From a virus (taxonomy: Duplodnaviria > Caudoviricetes), in IMG/VR virus record IMGVR_UViG_3300020576_002081, positions 1 to 64,000 of that record: a stretch of DNA of 64,000 bases; one strand, written 5' to 3'. The position numbers and the translations under genes were made by a program. Position 1 is the stretch's first letter; every line of letters starts with the position of its first letter. The notes below the pieces were generated by a model. That model did no database searches and was not told where the DNA came from. It worked only from the letters and a program-made list of their open reading frames with translations. Positions 19,455 to 29,241 of the stretch are shown one piece after another.

Positions 19455-19861
19455 TAAATGGTAAATACAAAGTTAGTTTTGAAATAACTAATAATTGGGA
19501 TGTTGAAGGTTTTAGAAACTTTATTAAATTATTATTATCAGATGATACTAAATATGAAGTATTTTTGATAAGTAATGATGATTCATCATCTAAAATAGTA
19601 ACAGTAGGTAACAATTTAGGGTTAGATTCAGAACACATAGTCGTTTGTAATTTTGCAGACGATAAATTAAAAGCTATTAAAGATAGAATTATTGATATTC
19701 ATTTAGACAACTTACAAAGTTTTGTAATGAGTGTTGATACTTTTACTGAAAATACACATGGTATACTTGTAACAAGGTATTTAAATAAATACTATTTACA
19801 ACCAGACTATGTTATTGTCTTTGATAGACTTTTAGAACAAATAAAAAATGAGCAAACTTAA
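19451..19861 (+). CDS. Hypothetical protein, possibly a degenerate HAD fold
   Basis: FLIS and IDIHLDN resemble HAD motifs II/IV, but the catalytic DxD is absent. Confidence 0.5.
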   Translation: MINGKYKVSFEITNNWDVEGFRNFIKLLLSDDTKYEVFLISNDDSSSKIVTVGNNLGLDSEHIVVCNFADDKLKAIKDRIIDIHLDNLQSFVMSVDTFTENTHGILVTRYLNKYYLQPDYVIVFDRLLEQIKNEQT

Positions 19862-20300
19862 TAAAGGGAAGATAAAAAACGCTACAAAATTAGAACAACA
19901 TGGTTTAACATTCAAGTCTAAACTTGAATTATTTACTTATAACAAACTCATAGAAGCTGGTATAACAGACTTTAAATATGAAGGTTATAAGTTTTTATTG
20001 ATGGAGCCTTTCGAGTGTAATTTTGATAGTTTTGAAGTGAAGAAAGATAAATCTTTTGATGCTGTTAATAGAAATATTAGAGCAATAACATATTTACCAG
20101 ATTTCACAAGACTTGATGAAAGAGGTAACGGTTGGATATTAGAATGTAAAGGATTTCCTAATGATGGTTGGAATAATAAATGGAAAACATTTAAACAACA
20201 TCTTATGGAAAATGATTATACTGTAACATTGTATAAACCTAATAACCAAGCTAATGTTATAAAAGCAGTTGAATTAATTAGAAGTAAATATTATGCGTAG
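19848..20300 (+). CDS. PD-(D/E)XK endonuclease (T7 endonuclease I / DUF1064-like)
   Basis: FKSKLE, YLPDF, ILECKG. Confidence 0.8.
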   Translation: MSKLNKGKIKNATKLEQHGLTFKSKLELFTYNKLIEAGITDFKYEGYKFLLMEPFECNFDSFEVKKDKSFDAVNRNIRAITYLPDFTRLDERGNGWILECKGFPNDGWNNKWKTFKQHLMENDYTVTLYKPNNQANVIKAVELIRSKYYA

Positions 20301-20376
20301 TTTTATTAGAAATAACTTAGACAGGATAATGTTTATAACAGCTGTCGTAATAATGATAATAATATGTTTAAAGTAA
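20293..20376 (+). CDS. Possible 27-aa single-TM peptide (not in ORF track)
   Basis: MRSFIRNNLDRIMFITAVVIMIIICLK; fills the gap and overlaps both neighbouring genes. Confidence 0.45.
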   Translation: MRSFIRNNLDRIMFITAVVIMIIICLK

Positions 20377-20567
20377 GTGTATCAGAAATAATCAATATAG
20401 TTAAACTTCTTGAGAAATCAGGTGGTGCTATTAATAATTTAGAAAGATTAGGTGGTAATAAACACGTGTATCTAGAAACTAAGCAAGAAATCCATAAAGA
20501 AGTAGATAGGTTAAAATCTAGATATGATTTGGAGAATTTTGAAGAATGGAAGAAAAAAAGCCAATAG
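20364..20567 (+). CDS. Hypothetical protein (67 aa)
   Basis: ORF in a coupled operon. Confidence 0.65.
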   Translation: MFKVSVSEIINIVKLLEKSGGAINNLERLGGNKHVYLETKQEIHKEVDRLKSRYDLENFEEWKKKSQ

Positions 20568-21286
20568 TAGCTGTTTTTGATGCTGATTTTATACCATATT
20601 ATGTGTGCCATAATAAGAAAGAGGCGGAGGAGAAAAGTTTAAACGATTGTTTAAATCTTTGTGATGAATTTATAAATAATATATTGAAATCAATAAACGC
20701 AGATTACTACATTGGGTTTTTAACAGAAGGTAAATGTTTTAGATATACTATTAATTCTGAATATAAAGCTAATAGGAAATATTTAAATCAACCTAAATAT
20801 TTAGATGAAGTTAAAGAAAGATTGAAAGCTTATGGTTTTACCAGTATTTCTGGTTATGAAGCAGACGATTTAGTAATGTCCTTTAAAGCTCAATACAGTC
20901 AATTTGAGAGTGTTATTGTATCTCCTGATAAAGATATATTGGGTATATGTGAAAAGAGCTTTAATCCACGTAAAATGGAGTTTAATTATCATTCTGAAGA
21001 AGAAATTGTGGAGAATTTCTGGAAAAGTATGATAGTTGGAGATACTGCTGATAATATTAAAGGAATTCCTGGTAAAGGACCTGCTTTTTTTAAGAATTTA
21101 ACATTAAATGTTGATGATGAAGAAAGTATTAGAACTTTAATATTTGATGAATACATTAATCATTTTGGAGAATACGAAGCGATAAAAGAATTTACAAAAA
21201 ATTATTTAAGTTTAAAAATTGTTGATACTGTGAATTTAGGAGAAATAAAACTTAATGAAGTACTTAAAGTAAATTTTAGTGAGTAA
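20546..21286 (+). CDS. 5'-3' exonuclease / RNase H (T7 gp6/FEN-like)
   Basis: VFDADF, EADDL, SPDKD, GDTADNIKGIPGKG. Confidence 0.92.
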   Translation: MEEKKPIVAVFDADFIPYYVCHNKKEAEEKSLNDCLNLCDEFINNILKSINADYYIGFLTEGKCFRYTINSEYKANRKYLNQPKYLDEVKERLKAYGFTSISGYEADDLVMSFKAQYSQFESVIVSPDKDILGICEKSFNPRKMEFNYHSEEEIVENFWKSMIVGDTADNIKGIPGKGPAFFKNLTLNVDDEESIRTLIFDEYINHFGEYEAIKEFTKNYLSLKIVDTVNLGEIKLNEVLKVNFSE

Positions 21287-21869
21287 AAGAATAGAGATAC
21301 TAGGTAAAAAAGCAACAAAAACTCATACATTTGTATTACCTATGTGTGATGTAAGTAGTAGGTTATTATCAGATAATTTTATTAATTCTTATATATCAAA
21401 TGATTGTTTAGTACTGGTGTTTGAATCTATACAAGGTGATAATCCTAGTTATGCTAAATTTTTAAATTATATAAGCTTTAATAATAATTTCCTTAGTTCT
21501 GAGAAAGAAGGGGATGAAGAGATATTCTTCTTTAGAATACCACCTCATTATCAAAATGATTTCCAATTATTTAAAGAAGGTAAATATAGTAAATTTTCAG
21601 AGGGGTTTAAAGAATTGCTTATAAAACATTATGGTAGAGTTTCTATACAAAACAATCATACAGTAACTGTTTATAATACAATATACCCACAGGAATTCAA
21701 GAGAAAGCAGATAGCAGAACATTATAATGTGGAGTTAAATTATGTTCCTGAAGAAGTTTTAGATATTCCTAATTTAGAATTTGAAACATACAAATCAATA
21801 AAACAAATCGAAGAAGAACAAAATACAAAACAACTAGTATATGACAAAAAGCAACAAAATATTGTCTGA
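21279..21869 (+). CDS. Hypothetical protein (196 aa)
   Basis: ORF; FKEGKYSKFS motif. Confidence 0.75.
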   Translation: MSKRIEILGKKATKTHTFVLPMCDVSSRLLSDNFINSYISNDCLVLVFESIQGDNPSYAKFLNYISFNNNFLSSEKEGDEEIFFFRIPPHYQNDFQLFKEGKYSKFSEGFKELLIKHYGRVSIQNNHTVTVYNTIYPQEFKRKQIAEHYNVELNYVPEEVLDIPNLEFETYKSIKQIEEEQNTKQLVYDKKQQNIV

Positions 21870-22273
21870 AATTACAATTTTTAACAAATATGCAAAATAC
21901 AAATCTGAATTAAAACGACGTGAAACTTGGAATGAAATATGTGATAGATATGAAAACATGTTGGTTCAAAGATATTCTCATTTAGAGGCTGAAATAAAAA
22001 ACAACATGCTTTATATTAGAAATAAACAAATTTTACCAAGTATGAGAGCTATGCAATTTGCTGGTGCTCCAATATTTAAAAATGAAAGTAGGATATACAA
22101 TTGTGCGTATTTTCCTATAGATGATTATAGAGCCTTTAGTGAAGGTATATTTTTGTTGCTTGGTGGAACAGGAGTTGGTTATTCTATTCAAAAACAACAT
22201 GTAGCAAAACTACCAACAATAAATAAACCTAATAAATCTAAAAAGTATATGATTACTGACAGTTTAGAAGGAT
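21841..22273 (+). CDS. nrdJ: Class II (B12-dependent) ribonucleotide reductase, exon 1
   Basis: KYAKY, RRETW, LPSMR, NCAY, GTGVGYS, DSLEG. Confidence 0.92.
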
Positions 22274-23244
22274 AAAAACGCCTGTCCTTATAAAAGCCAT
22301 TTAATTGCTGGAAACTCCTAAAGACTATAAAACTACAACAAAATATGAAAATATATTTGTGAATGTTAAAAATTTTTAGTATATTAATAGTATGAAAGAA
22401 GATACTATATATGGACAATCAGCAGCTAAGCTCCTTCTAAATGGAGAAAGTTCAACGACTATCCCTTCGGGGAGTACTCCTTTAAAAAAGGAGGAAAAGG
22501 TGGCATTATTTAATTTTTATGTTTTAATAGATCCAAGAGATAATAAACCTAAATACATAGGTAGAACAGTAGATCCTAAATCAAGATTAAGAAATCATTT
22601 TTATGAAGCTAAAAAGAATAATAAAACTAAAAAAGAAAGATGGTTAAATTTACTTAATAAATTAGGTAAAATACCAAAAATGAGAATTCTACATTCAAGA
22701 ATTTGTTCAATAACAAAAGCAATTGAATTAGAAAAAAGATTAGTTTTATGGTTTAGTAAATATTATGATTTAAAAAATCAACCTGATAATTATTTAGGTG
22801 CTGTTTTAAATGGAAAAACTGTTCACCAATATAATTTAAAAGGTAAATATTTAGCTAGTTATGCTAATAGCAACCAAGCTTATTTAATTACAGGGATAAA
22901 AGATTGTAATATAGGAAGAGCTTGTAAAAATTTAGGAAAATACACTTGCAAAAGTGCTGGTGGATATTTATGGTCATATGAATTATATGATTCATATCCT
23001 TATAAATATAATGATAATGTTAAAGATTTTACAGGAAAACCTGTACAAATGTTTTCTAAAAATTTTGAATTCATAAAAGAATTTAAAACTGCTAGATTAG
23101 CATCTGTTGAAACAGGAATTTCTTGGAAATTAATATCTTCTTGTTGTATAAAAAAACATATTCCTCGTAAAAGTAATTTTATTTGGAGATTTAAATAATA
23201 TGATATAGTCTGACTATATTAGAAATAATATAGATTTTGCATCG
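22274..23244 (+). mobile_element. Group I intron (971 nt) with homing endonuclease in nrdJ
   Basis: P1: exon AAGGAU pairs with intron GUCCUU (U.G at the splice site). Core AATTGCTGGAAACTCC, ATCAGCAGC, AACGACTA, GATATAGTCTG; terminal G. Splicing gives EG-W-ADAVK. Confidence 0.93.
22392..23198 (+). CDS. Intron-encoded GIY-YIG homing endonuclease with two NUMOD1-like repeats
   Basis: FYVL..PRDNKPKYIGRT...RLRNH, E..L, NQP; KTVHQYNLKG and KPVQMFSKNF repeats. Confidence 0.88.
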   Translation: MKEDTIYGQSAAKLLLNGESSTTIPSGSTPLKKEEKVALFNFYVLIDPRDNKPKYIGRTVDPKSRLRNHFYEAKKNNKTKKERWLNLLNKLGKIPKMRILHSRICSITKAIELEKRLVLWFSKYYDLKNQPDNYLGAVLNGKTVHQYNLKGKYLASYANSNQAYLITGIKDCNIGRACKNLGKYTCKSAGGYLWSYELYDSYPYKYNDNVKDFTGKPVQMFSKNFEFIKEFKTARLASVETGISWKLISSCCIKKHIPRKSNFIWRFK

Positions 23245-24719
23245 GGGCTGATGCTGTAAAAGCTTTAGTTAAATCTTATTTAACAGATAGTCAATATAAA
23301 CCAAGATTTGATTATGGTGATATAAGACCTAAAGGAACTAGATTAAAAACTGCTGGTGGAAAAGCTCCAGGACCAGAGCCTTTAAAAATAGCATTAACTC
23401 ACATTGAAGCTATATTTGAAAGGAAGAATAATGGAGATAAATTAACACCATTAGATTGCCACGATATTATGTGCCATTTAGCAGATGCTGTATTATCAGG
23501 TGGAATTAGACGTTCAGCAATGATAGCTTTATTTTCACATGACGACCATGAAATGATGGAATGTAAGTTTGGTAATTGGTGGGAACATTCACCTATGAGA
23601 GGAAGGGCTAATAATTCGTGTGTATTAGATAGGAATGAAATAACTGAAGATCAATTTAAAGAAATTTGGTCTAAAGTTGAAATGTCTGGTTCAGGTGAAC
23701 CTGGAGTTTACTGGACAAATAATAAATATTGGGGTACAAATCCGTGTTGTGAAATAGCACTTAGACCTTACCAATTCTGCAATCTTTGCGAGGTAAATGT
23801 AAGTGATATTCAATCCCAATCAGATTTAAATAAAAGAGTTGAAATAGCCTCTTTCTTTGGTACTTTACAAGCAGGCTTTACAGATTTCCATTATTTAAGA
23901 AGTATATGGAAAAAAACAACTGAAGAAGATGCCTTAATTGGTGTTGGAATGACTGGTATAGCTAGCGGTAAAGTGTTAGGTTTAAATTTAACAGAAGCTG
24001 CTGGTGTAGTAAAGTACGAAAATCAAAGAATAGCTAATATTATTGGTATTAATGTAGCTGCTAGAACAACAACTATTAAACCTTCGGGTACAACAAGTTG
24101 TGTTTTAGGAACAAGTAGTGGTATACACGCTTGGCACAATGATTATTATTTAAGACGTATTAGGGTTATGAAAAATGATCCTTTATATGCTTATATGTAT
24201 ATGTATCATGATAAAATGATTGAAGATGATAAACTTAAATCACATGATACAGCAATAATCACAATACCACAAGAAGCACCAGAAGGTTCAATATTAAGAA
24301 CTGAAAGTGCTATGGATTTATTAGAAAGAATTAATAAATTCAATTTAGAATGGGTTAAAGCAGGTCATAATAAAGGTGATAATACAAACAATGTAAGTGC
24401 TACTGTTAGTATTGATAAAAGTAGAATATATGTAGATCCACCACTGTCTAAAATGGACTATGAAAATAGATCTGATGAATGGCAAATGGTAGGTAGGTGG
24501 ATGTGGAATAACAGAAACTATTACAATGGTATTAGTGTACTACCATATGACAATGGTAGTTACATACAAGCACCTTTTGAAAATTGCACGAAAGAACAAT
24601 TCTTAGAATTGAGTAAAAATTTAAACGAAATTGATTTAACCAAAGTTATTGAAGATGATGATAATGTAAACTTTACAGAGAATCTAGCTTGTGGGCCTGA
24701 TGGATGTGAGGTTAAATAA
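23245..24719 (+). CDS. nrdJ: Class II ribonucleotide reductase, exon 2
   Basis: IRPKG.RLKT.GGKAPGP, GGIRRSA, TNPCCEI, FCNLCE, KPSGT, C-terminal ACGPDGCE. The true exon starts at 23245, 224 nt before the ORF-track ATG. Confidence 0.92.
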
Positions 24720-24725
24720 TAAATA

Positions 24726-25232
24726 ATGAGTAAAGAAAACTTTAATTTAGAAAGCTTAAATAGACCAGCTAATGCTAAAGAATACGAGGGGATTAAAAAG
24801 TCCCCTTGTACTTTACATGATAAAGAAACGCAAATTGCTGAACAAGTTGAAAGATTAAAAGAAATAAATCAGAAAATTTTGATTAAAGAAGCTTCAAAAG
24901 CTTTAAAAAATGATTCTGGAAAGCCTGAATATAGTAATTTACCTAGAAAAGCCTTATTAGAGGTAGTCAGGGTTATGACATACGGTAAACAAAACTATGG
25001 TAAATACAATTATTCTGGTGAAATAGAGTCTAGTAGATTAACAGATGCTTTAGAAAGACATCTTAATAAATATCTTATGAATGAAGATATTGATGAATCA
25101 TCATATCATCATATAGCTCATGTAGCTGCAAATGCTCTAATGTTATTAGATGGTATCTTAACCAAACAGGTTATTGATGATCGTAACAAAATATACAAAT
25201 CTAATGAACAAAAAACAACAACAAATCTATAA
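24726..25232 (+). CDS. dATP/dGTP diphosphohydrolase N-terminal domain protein (DUF5664-like)
   Basis: KNDSGKP...LP...EVVRVMTYG..KYG..NY, ALERHL, HIAHVAANALML. Confidence 0.82.
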   Translation: MSKENFNLESLNRPANAKEYEGIKKSPCTLHDKETQIAEQVERLKEINQKILIKEASKALKNDSGKPEYSNLPRKALLEVVRVMTYGKQNYGKYNYSGEIESSRLTDALERHLNKYLMNEDIDESSYHHIAHVAANALMLLDGILTKQVIDDRNKIYKSNEQKTTTNL

Positions 25233-26259
25233 TTGGTTACTTGAACATCCTGGATACTTAAAATCAGGTTTTGATAAAATACTTGAAATTAGAAAATGGA
25301 ACGATAGTCCTATTGATTTAGAAATAGCACTTAAACAAGCTAAATTAGATCATAAAAGTAAAGTTAATAACTCTGTAACAGCTGAAATTGTAAAAGAAGC
25401 TATGAGAATAACTTCAAAAGATGTAATGGCACCTTTAGTAGTTAGAAAAGGTATTATTAAACCTTTTAAACAACTTTTACCTAAAAGTGAGGTAATTATA
25501 CCAAAAACTAATAAAAGTCCTTTAAAACGCCTATATTTTGATTTAGAAACTAGTCCTAACATAGTTTATTCATGGAATGTTGGTTATAAACTTAATATTG
25601 GTTATGAGAACATTATTAAAGAAAGAGCTATCATTTGTGCTTGTTATAAATGGGAAGGAAGTGATGACGTTGGGTATTTAACATGGAATGATGGTGATGA
25701 TGGAGAATTAGTATATCGTTTGTATGATATATTAATGAGTGCTGATGAAGTAGTTGGTCATAATGGTGATAATTATGATTTGAAATGGTTTAGAACTAGA
25801 TGTTTATTTCATGGTATTATGAATATGCCTGATATTAAATCTATTGATACTTTAAAACTATCAAGAAAATCTTTTAGATTTAATTCTAATAGATTAGATT
25901 ATATTGGTCAATTCTTAAAACTTGGTAAAAAGATGGAAACTGGAGGGTTTGATCTTTGGAAACGTATAGTTTCTAACAACGATCAAGAAGCTATTAAGAA
26001 AATGGTTGAATATTGTATGCAGGATGTTGAATTACTTGAAAAAGTATATAATAAACTTTCTGGATATAGTAAAGCTAAAACACATGTAGGTGTATTAAAT
26101 GGTAAATCACCATGTAGTTGTCCTAAATGTGCTAGTGAAAAGACTTATTCAAAAGGTAACATCATATCTAGTTTAGGTACTGTTAAAAAGAAAATGCAAT
26201 GTATGGATTGTGGTTCTTATTTCACAATAAGTACAAAAGCTTACGAAAGTAGAGATTAA
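25204..26259 (+). CDS. DnaQ/RNase H-like 3'-5' exonuclease with C-terminal zinc ribbon
   Basis: FDLETSP, GHNGDNYD, DTLK, YCMQDV; CPKC...CMDC. Likely ATG at 25204. Confidence 0.85.
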   Translation: MNKKQQQIYNWLLEHPGYLKSGFDKILEIRKWNDSPIDLEIALKQAKLDHKSKVNNSVTAEIVKEAMRITSKDVMAPLVVRKGIIKPFKQLLPKSEVIIPKTNKSPLKRLYFDLETSPNIVYSWNVGYKLNIGYENIIKERAIICACYKWEGSDDVGYLTWNDGDDGELVYRLYDILMSADEVVGHNGDNYDLKWFRTRCLFHGIMNMPDIKSIDTLKLSRKSFRFNSNRLDYIGQFLKLGKKMETGGFDLWKRIVSNNDQEAIKKMVEYCMQDVELLEKVYNKLSGYSKAKTHVGVLNGKSPCSCPKCASEKTYSKGNIISSLGTVKKKMQCMDCGSYFTISTKAYESRD

Positions 26260-26270
26260 TTATTAAAAAT

Positions 26271-26298
26271 AAGGCTAGGGAGAAATCCTTAGCCTTTA
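26271..26298 (+). terminator. Rho-independent terminator
   Basis: AAGGCTAGGGA-GAAA-TCCTTAGCCTT stem, GNRA loop. Confidence 0.75.
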
Positions 26299-26304
26299 AT
26301 TAAA

Positions 26305-26616
26305 TTGAATATGGATATTAGAGAAATTATAACAGAAAAACAACTTCCTTTTTCAGAAGAAAGGAAGAAAGTTAATGAAATATTAACAGAATTGTTTAAT
26401 TCTAAACAAAAAGAATTAGAAGATTCATTAGAAGAAACTTGTGAAGTTAATTCACCATTAACTTATATGCAACATCATGGTGGAATAGATAGTACTTATT
26501 ATTTTGGTACAATATGGGGTACTGTAAAAGTATACATAGGAGATTCTCCTGAAGATTCTAAAGTTGAATTTTTAAAAAATCAAATATTAGGATTAATTAA
26601 TAAAAATATTAAATGA
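26305..26616 (+). CDS. Hypothetical protein
   Basis: ORF. Confidence 0.7.
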   Translation: MNMDIREIITEKQLPFSEERKKVNEILTELFNSKQKELEDSLEETCEVNSPLTYMQHHGGIDSTYYFGTIWGTVKVYIGDSPEDSKVEFLKNQILGLINKNIK

Positions 26617-26622
26617 TTAAAT

Positions 26623-26979
26623 ATGAAAAATATAAAAGTAATTAAAGTTAGTAATGAAGGTTTAGTATTTAACGACGGTACTAAATTATATTCAGATCAT
26701 GAATCTGACTGTTGTGAACATCATGAATTAACATTTACAGATTTAACAATAGATGATTTTAAAGATTTAGAATTTGATTTAACAAATGATGATTTCTTTA
26801 AAAAAATAAAAGATTATGGAATTGAATTAATTCCTTTAAAAGGATTTCCTGTAAGAATACCAGGGCATGGTTACAATAATGGTTATTATGGTACTAATAT
26901 AGATTTAATTATTGAAAATGCGGAAGCTAAATTTTTTAAAAAATATGATATTACAGATTGTCAAGTTATTTACGAATAA
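26623..26979 (+). CDS. Hypothetical protein with DCCE and NNGYYG motifs
   Basis: SDCCEHH...GYNNGYYG pattern; function unknown. Confidence 0.75.
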   Translation: MKNIKVIKVSNEGLVFNDGTKLYSDHESDCCEHHELTFTDLTIDDFKDLEFDLTNDDFFKKIKDYGIELIPLKGFPVRIPGHGYNNGYYGTNIDLIIENAEAKFFKKYDITDCQVIYE

Positions 26980-26987
26980 AACAAAAT

Positions 26988-27407
26988 ATGAGAAATATAT
27001 TCATATGTGATATCGATGGTACAGTAGCTCATAATAATGGTCATAGATCTTTTTATGATGAGTCTAAGGTATTTGATGATACTCCATTACCAACAGTTGA
27101 AATCATTAAATCGTTGATTGCTACTGGTGATAAAATCATATATGTTTCAGGTAGAAAAGATTCTTGTAGACAAGAAACTATAAACTGGATAACTAAACAT
27201 ATAGACGATGAACCACCTTTACTATTAATGAGAAAACATAATGATAATAGACCAGATGAAATTGTTAAATTAGAGATTTATGAAAAAGAAATTAAACCTC
27301 ATTATAATATTACTGCTGTTTTTGACGATAGGTTAAAAGTATGTAAAATGTGGTATGATATTGGTTTATTTGTATTAAATTGTAATCAAGGATTAATTGA
27401 ATATTAA
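26988..27407 (+). CDS. HAD-family phosphatase (T4 PseT C-terminal 3'-phosphatase-like)
   Basis: CDIDGT, VSGR, RPDEIVK, FDDR. Likely ATG at 26988. Confidence 0.88.
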   Translation: MRNIFICDIDGTVAHNNGHRSFYDESKVFDDTPLPTVEIIKSLIATGDKIIYVSGRKDSCRQETINWITKHIDDEPPLLLMRKHNDNRPDEIVKLEIYEKEIKPHYNITAVFDDRLKVCKMWYDIGLFVLNCNQGLIEY

Positions 27408-27409
27408 AT

Positions 27410-27868
27410 ATGAAAAGTATAAAAAGAATACCTATTGTGTTAAAACACATGAATTGGGAACTATTTGTTGAACAAAATGTTCCAAACATAACTCAAACTG
27501 TTAAAAATCTTCTAGTTAGACGACTAGAAAATAATCATGATAATATCAAGAAAACTTGGGAAAGATATTATTACTTTAAATTAAGTAAAATTTTAATAGA
27601 TTTGAATTATTTACCAGCTAGTAATAGATTAGAAGCAGTTAATGAATCAGACTGGTTGGTTAATAATAAATTATGTAGTCCTGAAGATATCTACTTTTGG
27701 TCTAGATCAAGAGATTCAACAGGTAATAAACTTTTAGAACCAGAATTAATTTTATTAAAAGATTTAAAAAACGATCACATATCAGCAATATTAGATTATT
27801 GCGAAGAAAATTCAATAACAATAATAGAAAATTACAAACAATATTTTAAAAAACGTTTAAATAAATAA
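27410..27868 (+). CDS. Hypothetical protein (152 aa)
   Basis: ORF. Confidence 0.75.
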   Translation: MKSIKRIPIVLKHMNWELFVEQNVPNITQTVKNLLVRRLENNHDNIKKTWERYYYFKLSKILIDLNYLPASNRLEAVNESDWLVNNKLCSPEDIYFWSRSRDSTGNKLLEPELILLKDLKNDHISAILDYCEENSITIIENYKQYFKKRLNK

Positions 27869-27870
27869 TT

Positions 27871-28755
27871 ATGAGCAACTATAGAATTCAACAATTTATA
27901 AATAATCAAGGTACTATATTCACAATGAATGAAAATAACATATCTGTTTTTAGTGATACGAACGGTCACTCATTTCATTTATTTTATTTATTAAATAAAC
28001 CATTAACTTTTAAAATTCATTCGGTATTGTTTAGAAATACTACTAATGAAGAATATACTAGAAAATTTGTTTTAGGAGAAAATGTTTGGGGAGGCACTCC
28101 ACGTATAAATCATGTTGTAAATAAATTTGATTTTGTTCCTGGTACAGGAGATTTGCTTATAAATACTCCTTTAGGTAGCCTTCAACATACGTCTGTAAAT
28201 AATCGACAAGAAGAAGTTGCTAGATTAGAAGCAGTAGCTCGTGAAAGAGCTTCTAGACAGCAACAACCTATTGCCCCTCAAACAACAAATCAACCAGCAA
28301 CACAGAATAATTTCTTCAATGATTTACAAAGAAGAATTTTAGCTGATTATCCTAGAGGGTTAAGAGTTCAAGGACTTCTTAGAAAATCTAGAGGAGCAGC
28401 TGGTAGAAATGAAACTTTAAATCAATTTTTAGTTAAATTCTTTACTGATTGGAATACTAATAAGAATACTTTGTTTACTGATGATGATAGTGTTCAAACA
28501 GTATCTGGTAGAAGAAGATCTTTAGGTGATTTATTTATGATTATTAAATATTATTATCCTAGAGTAACTCTTAAAGAATTATTTACAGAACTTAATAATT
28601 TGACTTCTAATACTTCAGGCATGAGAACATCTTATTGTTCTACTATTCGTAAAAGAGTATGGTATTATTCAAGCTTTTCAAGTAATGATGTTTTAAATAC
28701 TAATCAAACAGACGAATACGGAAATATTTATTCATCTTATAGCTCAAATATTTAA
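27871..28755 (+). CDS. Hypothetical protein; C-terminal domain paralogous to 30947..31432
   Basis: RRRSLGDLFMIIKYYYP...YCSTIRKRVWY. Confidence 0.75.
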   Translation: MSNYRIQQFINNQGTIFTMNENNISVFSDTNGHSFHLFYLLNKPLTFKIHSVLFRNTTNEEYTRKFVLGENVWGGTPRINHVVNKFDFVPGTGDLLINTPLGSLQHTSVNNRQEEVARLEAVARERASRQQQPIAPQTTNQPATQNNFFNDLQRRILADYPRGLRVQGLLRKSRGAAGRNETLNQFLVKFFTDWNTNKNTLFTDDDSVQTVSGRRRSLGDLFMIIKYYYPRVTLKELFTELNNLTSNTSGMRTSYCSTIRKRVWYYSSFSSNDVLNTNQTDEYGNIYSSYSSNI

Positions 28756-28756
28756 T

Positions 28757-29236
28757 ATGAAAGGAATTATAAAAGAAAAACAAGGTTTATCAGAAGAATA
28801 TAAGAAAAAAAACGCATTTACTGGTTTCGCTATGATAAATCCAACTACTGCTATGAATGGTAATATTACATTACCTTTAAGTAATTTTTCAGAAATAGAT
28901 AAATACGCTAGAGCTTATAGAATAAATTTTACAATAACATCAGAAAATAATGCAATTTGTGACGTGTGGTGTGAAAATAATCCTACAGGTAATTGTCAAT
29001 TAGTTAGTATTATATACGCTTTTCAATTAGCATCTTTTGAAAATGGTGCTCAAATGCTTAAAACAATGGTTAGTACCTATGGAAAATATCTTGCTTTATG
29101 TGATATTAATCAAAGATATTCAGAAAATTTTGAAAAGTTGTTTTCAAACAAAGAAGCTATACTTTTTAAAAATAATTATAAGAGTAGTAATAATTCATCA
29201 ATGTGTATATATTTAATTAATACTAAATTTATTTAA
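28757..29236 (+). CDS. Hypothetical protein, paralog family with 8376 and 34563
   Basis: PTGNCQL...YKSSNNSSMCIYL. Confidence 0.7.
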   Translation: MKGIIKEKQGLSEEYKKKNAFTGFAMINPTTAMNGNITLPLSNFSEIDKYARAYRINFTITSENNAICDVWCENNPTGNCQLVSIIYAFQLASFENGAQMLKTMVSTYGKYLALCDINQRYSENFEKLFSNKEAILFKNNYKSSNNSSMCIYLINTKFI

Positions 29237-29241
29237 GACTA

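Noticed and set aside
24726-25232. Evidence for a 2-aminoadenine (Z) genome
   Set aside because: No PurZ or HD-domain DatZ is seen in the window; this domain alone is insufficient.
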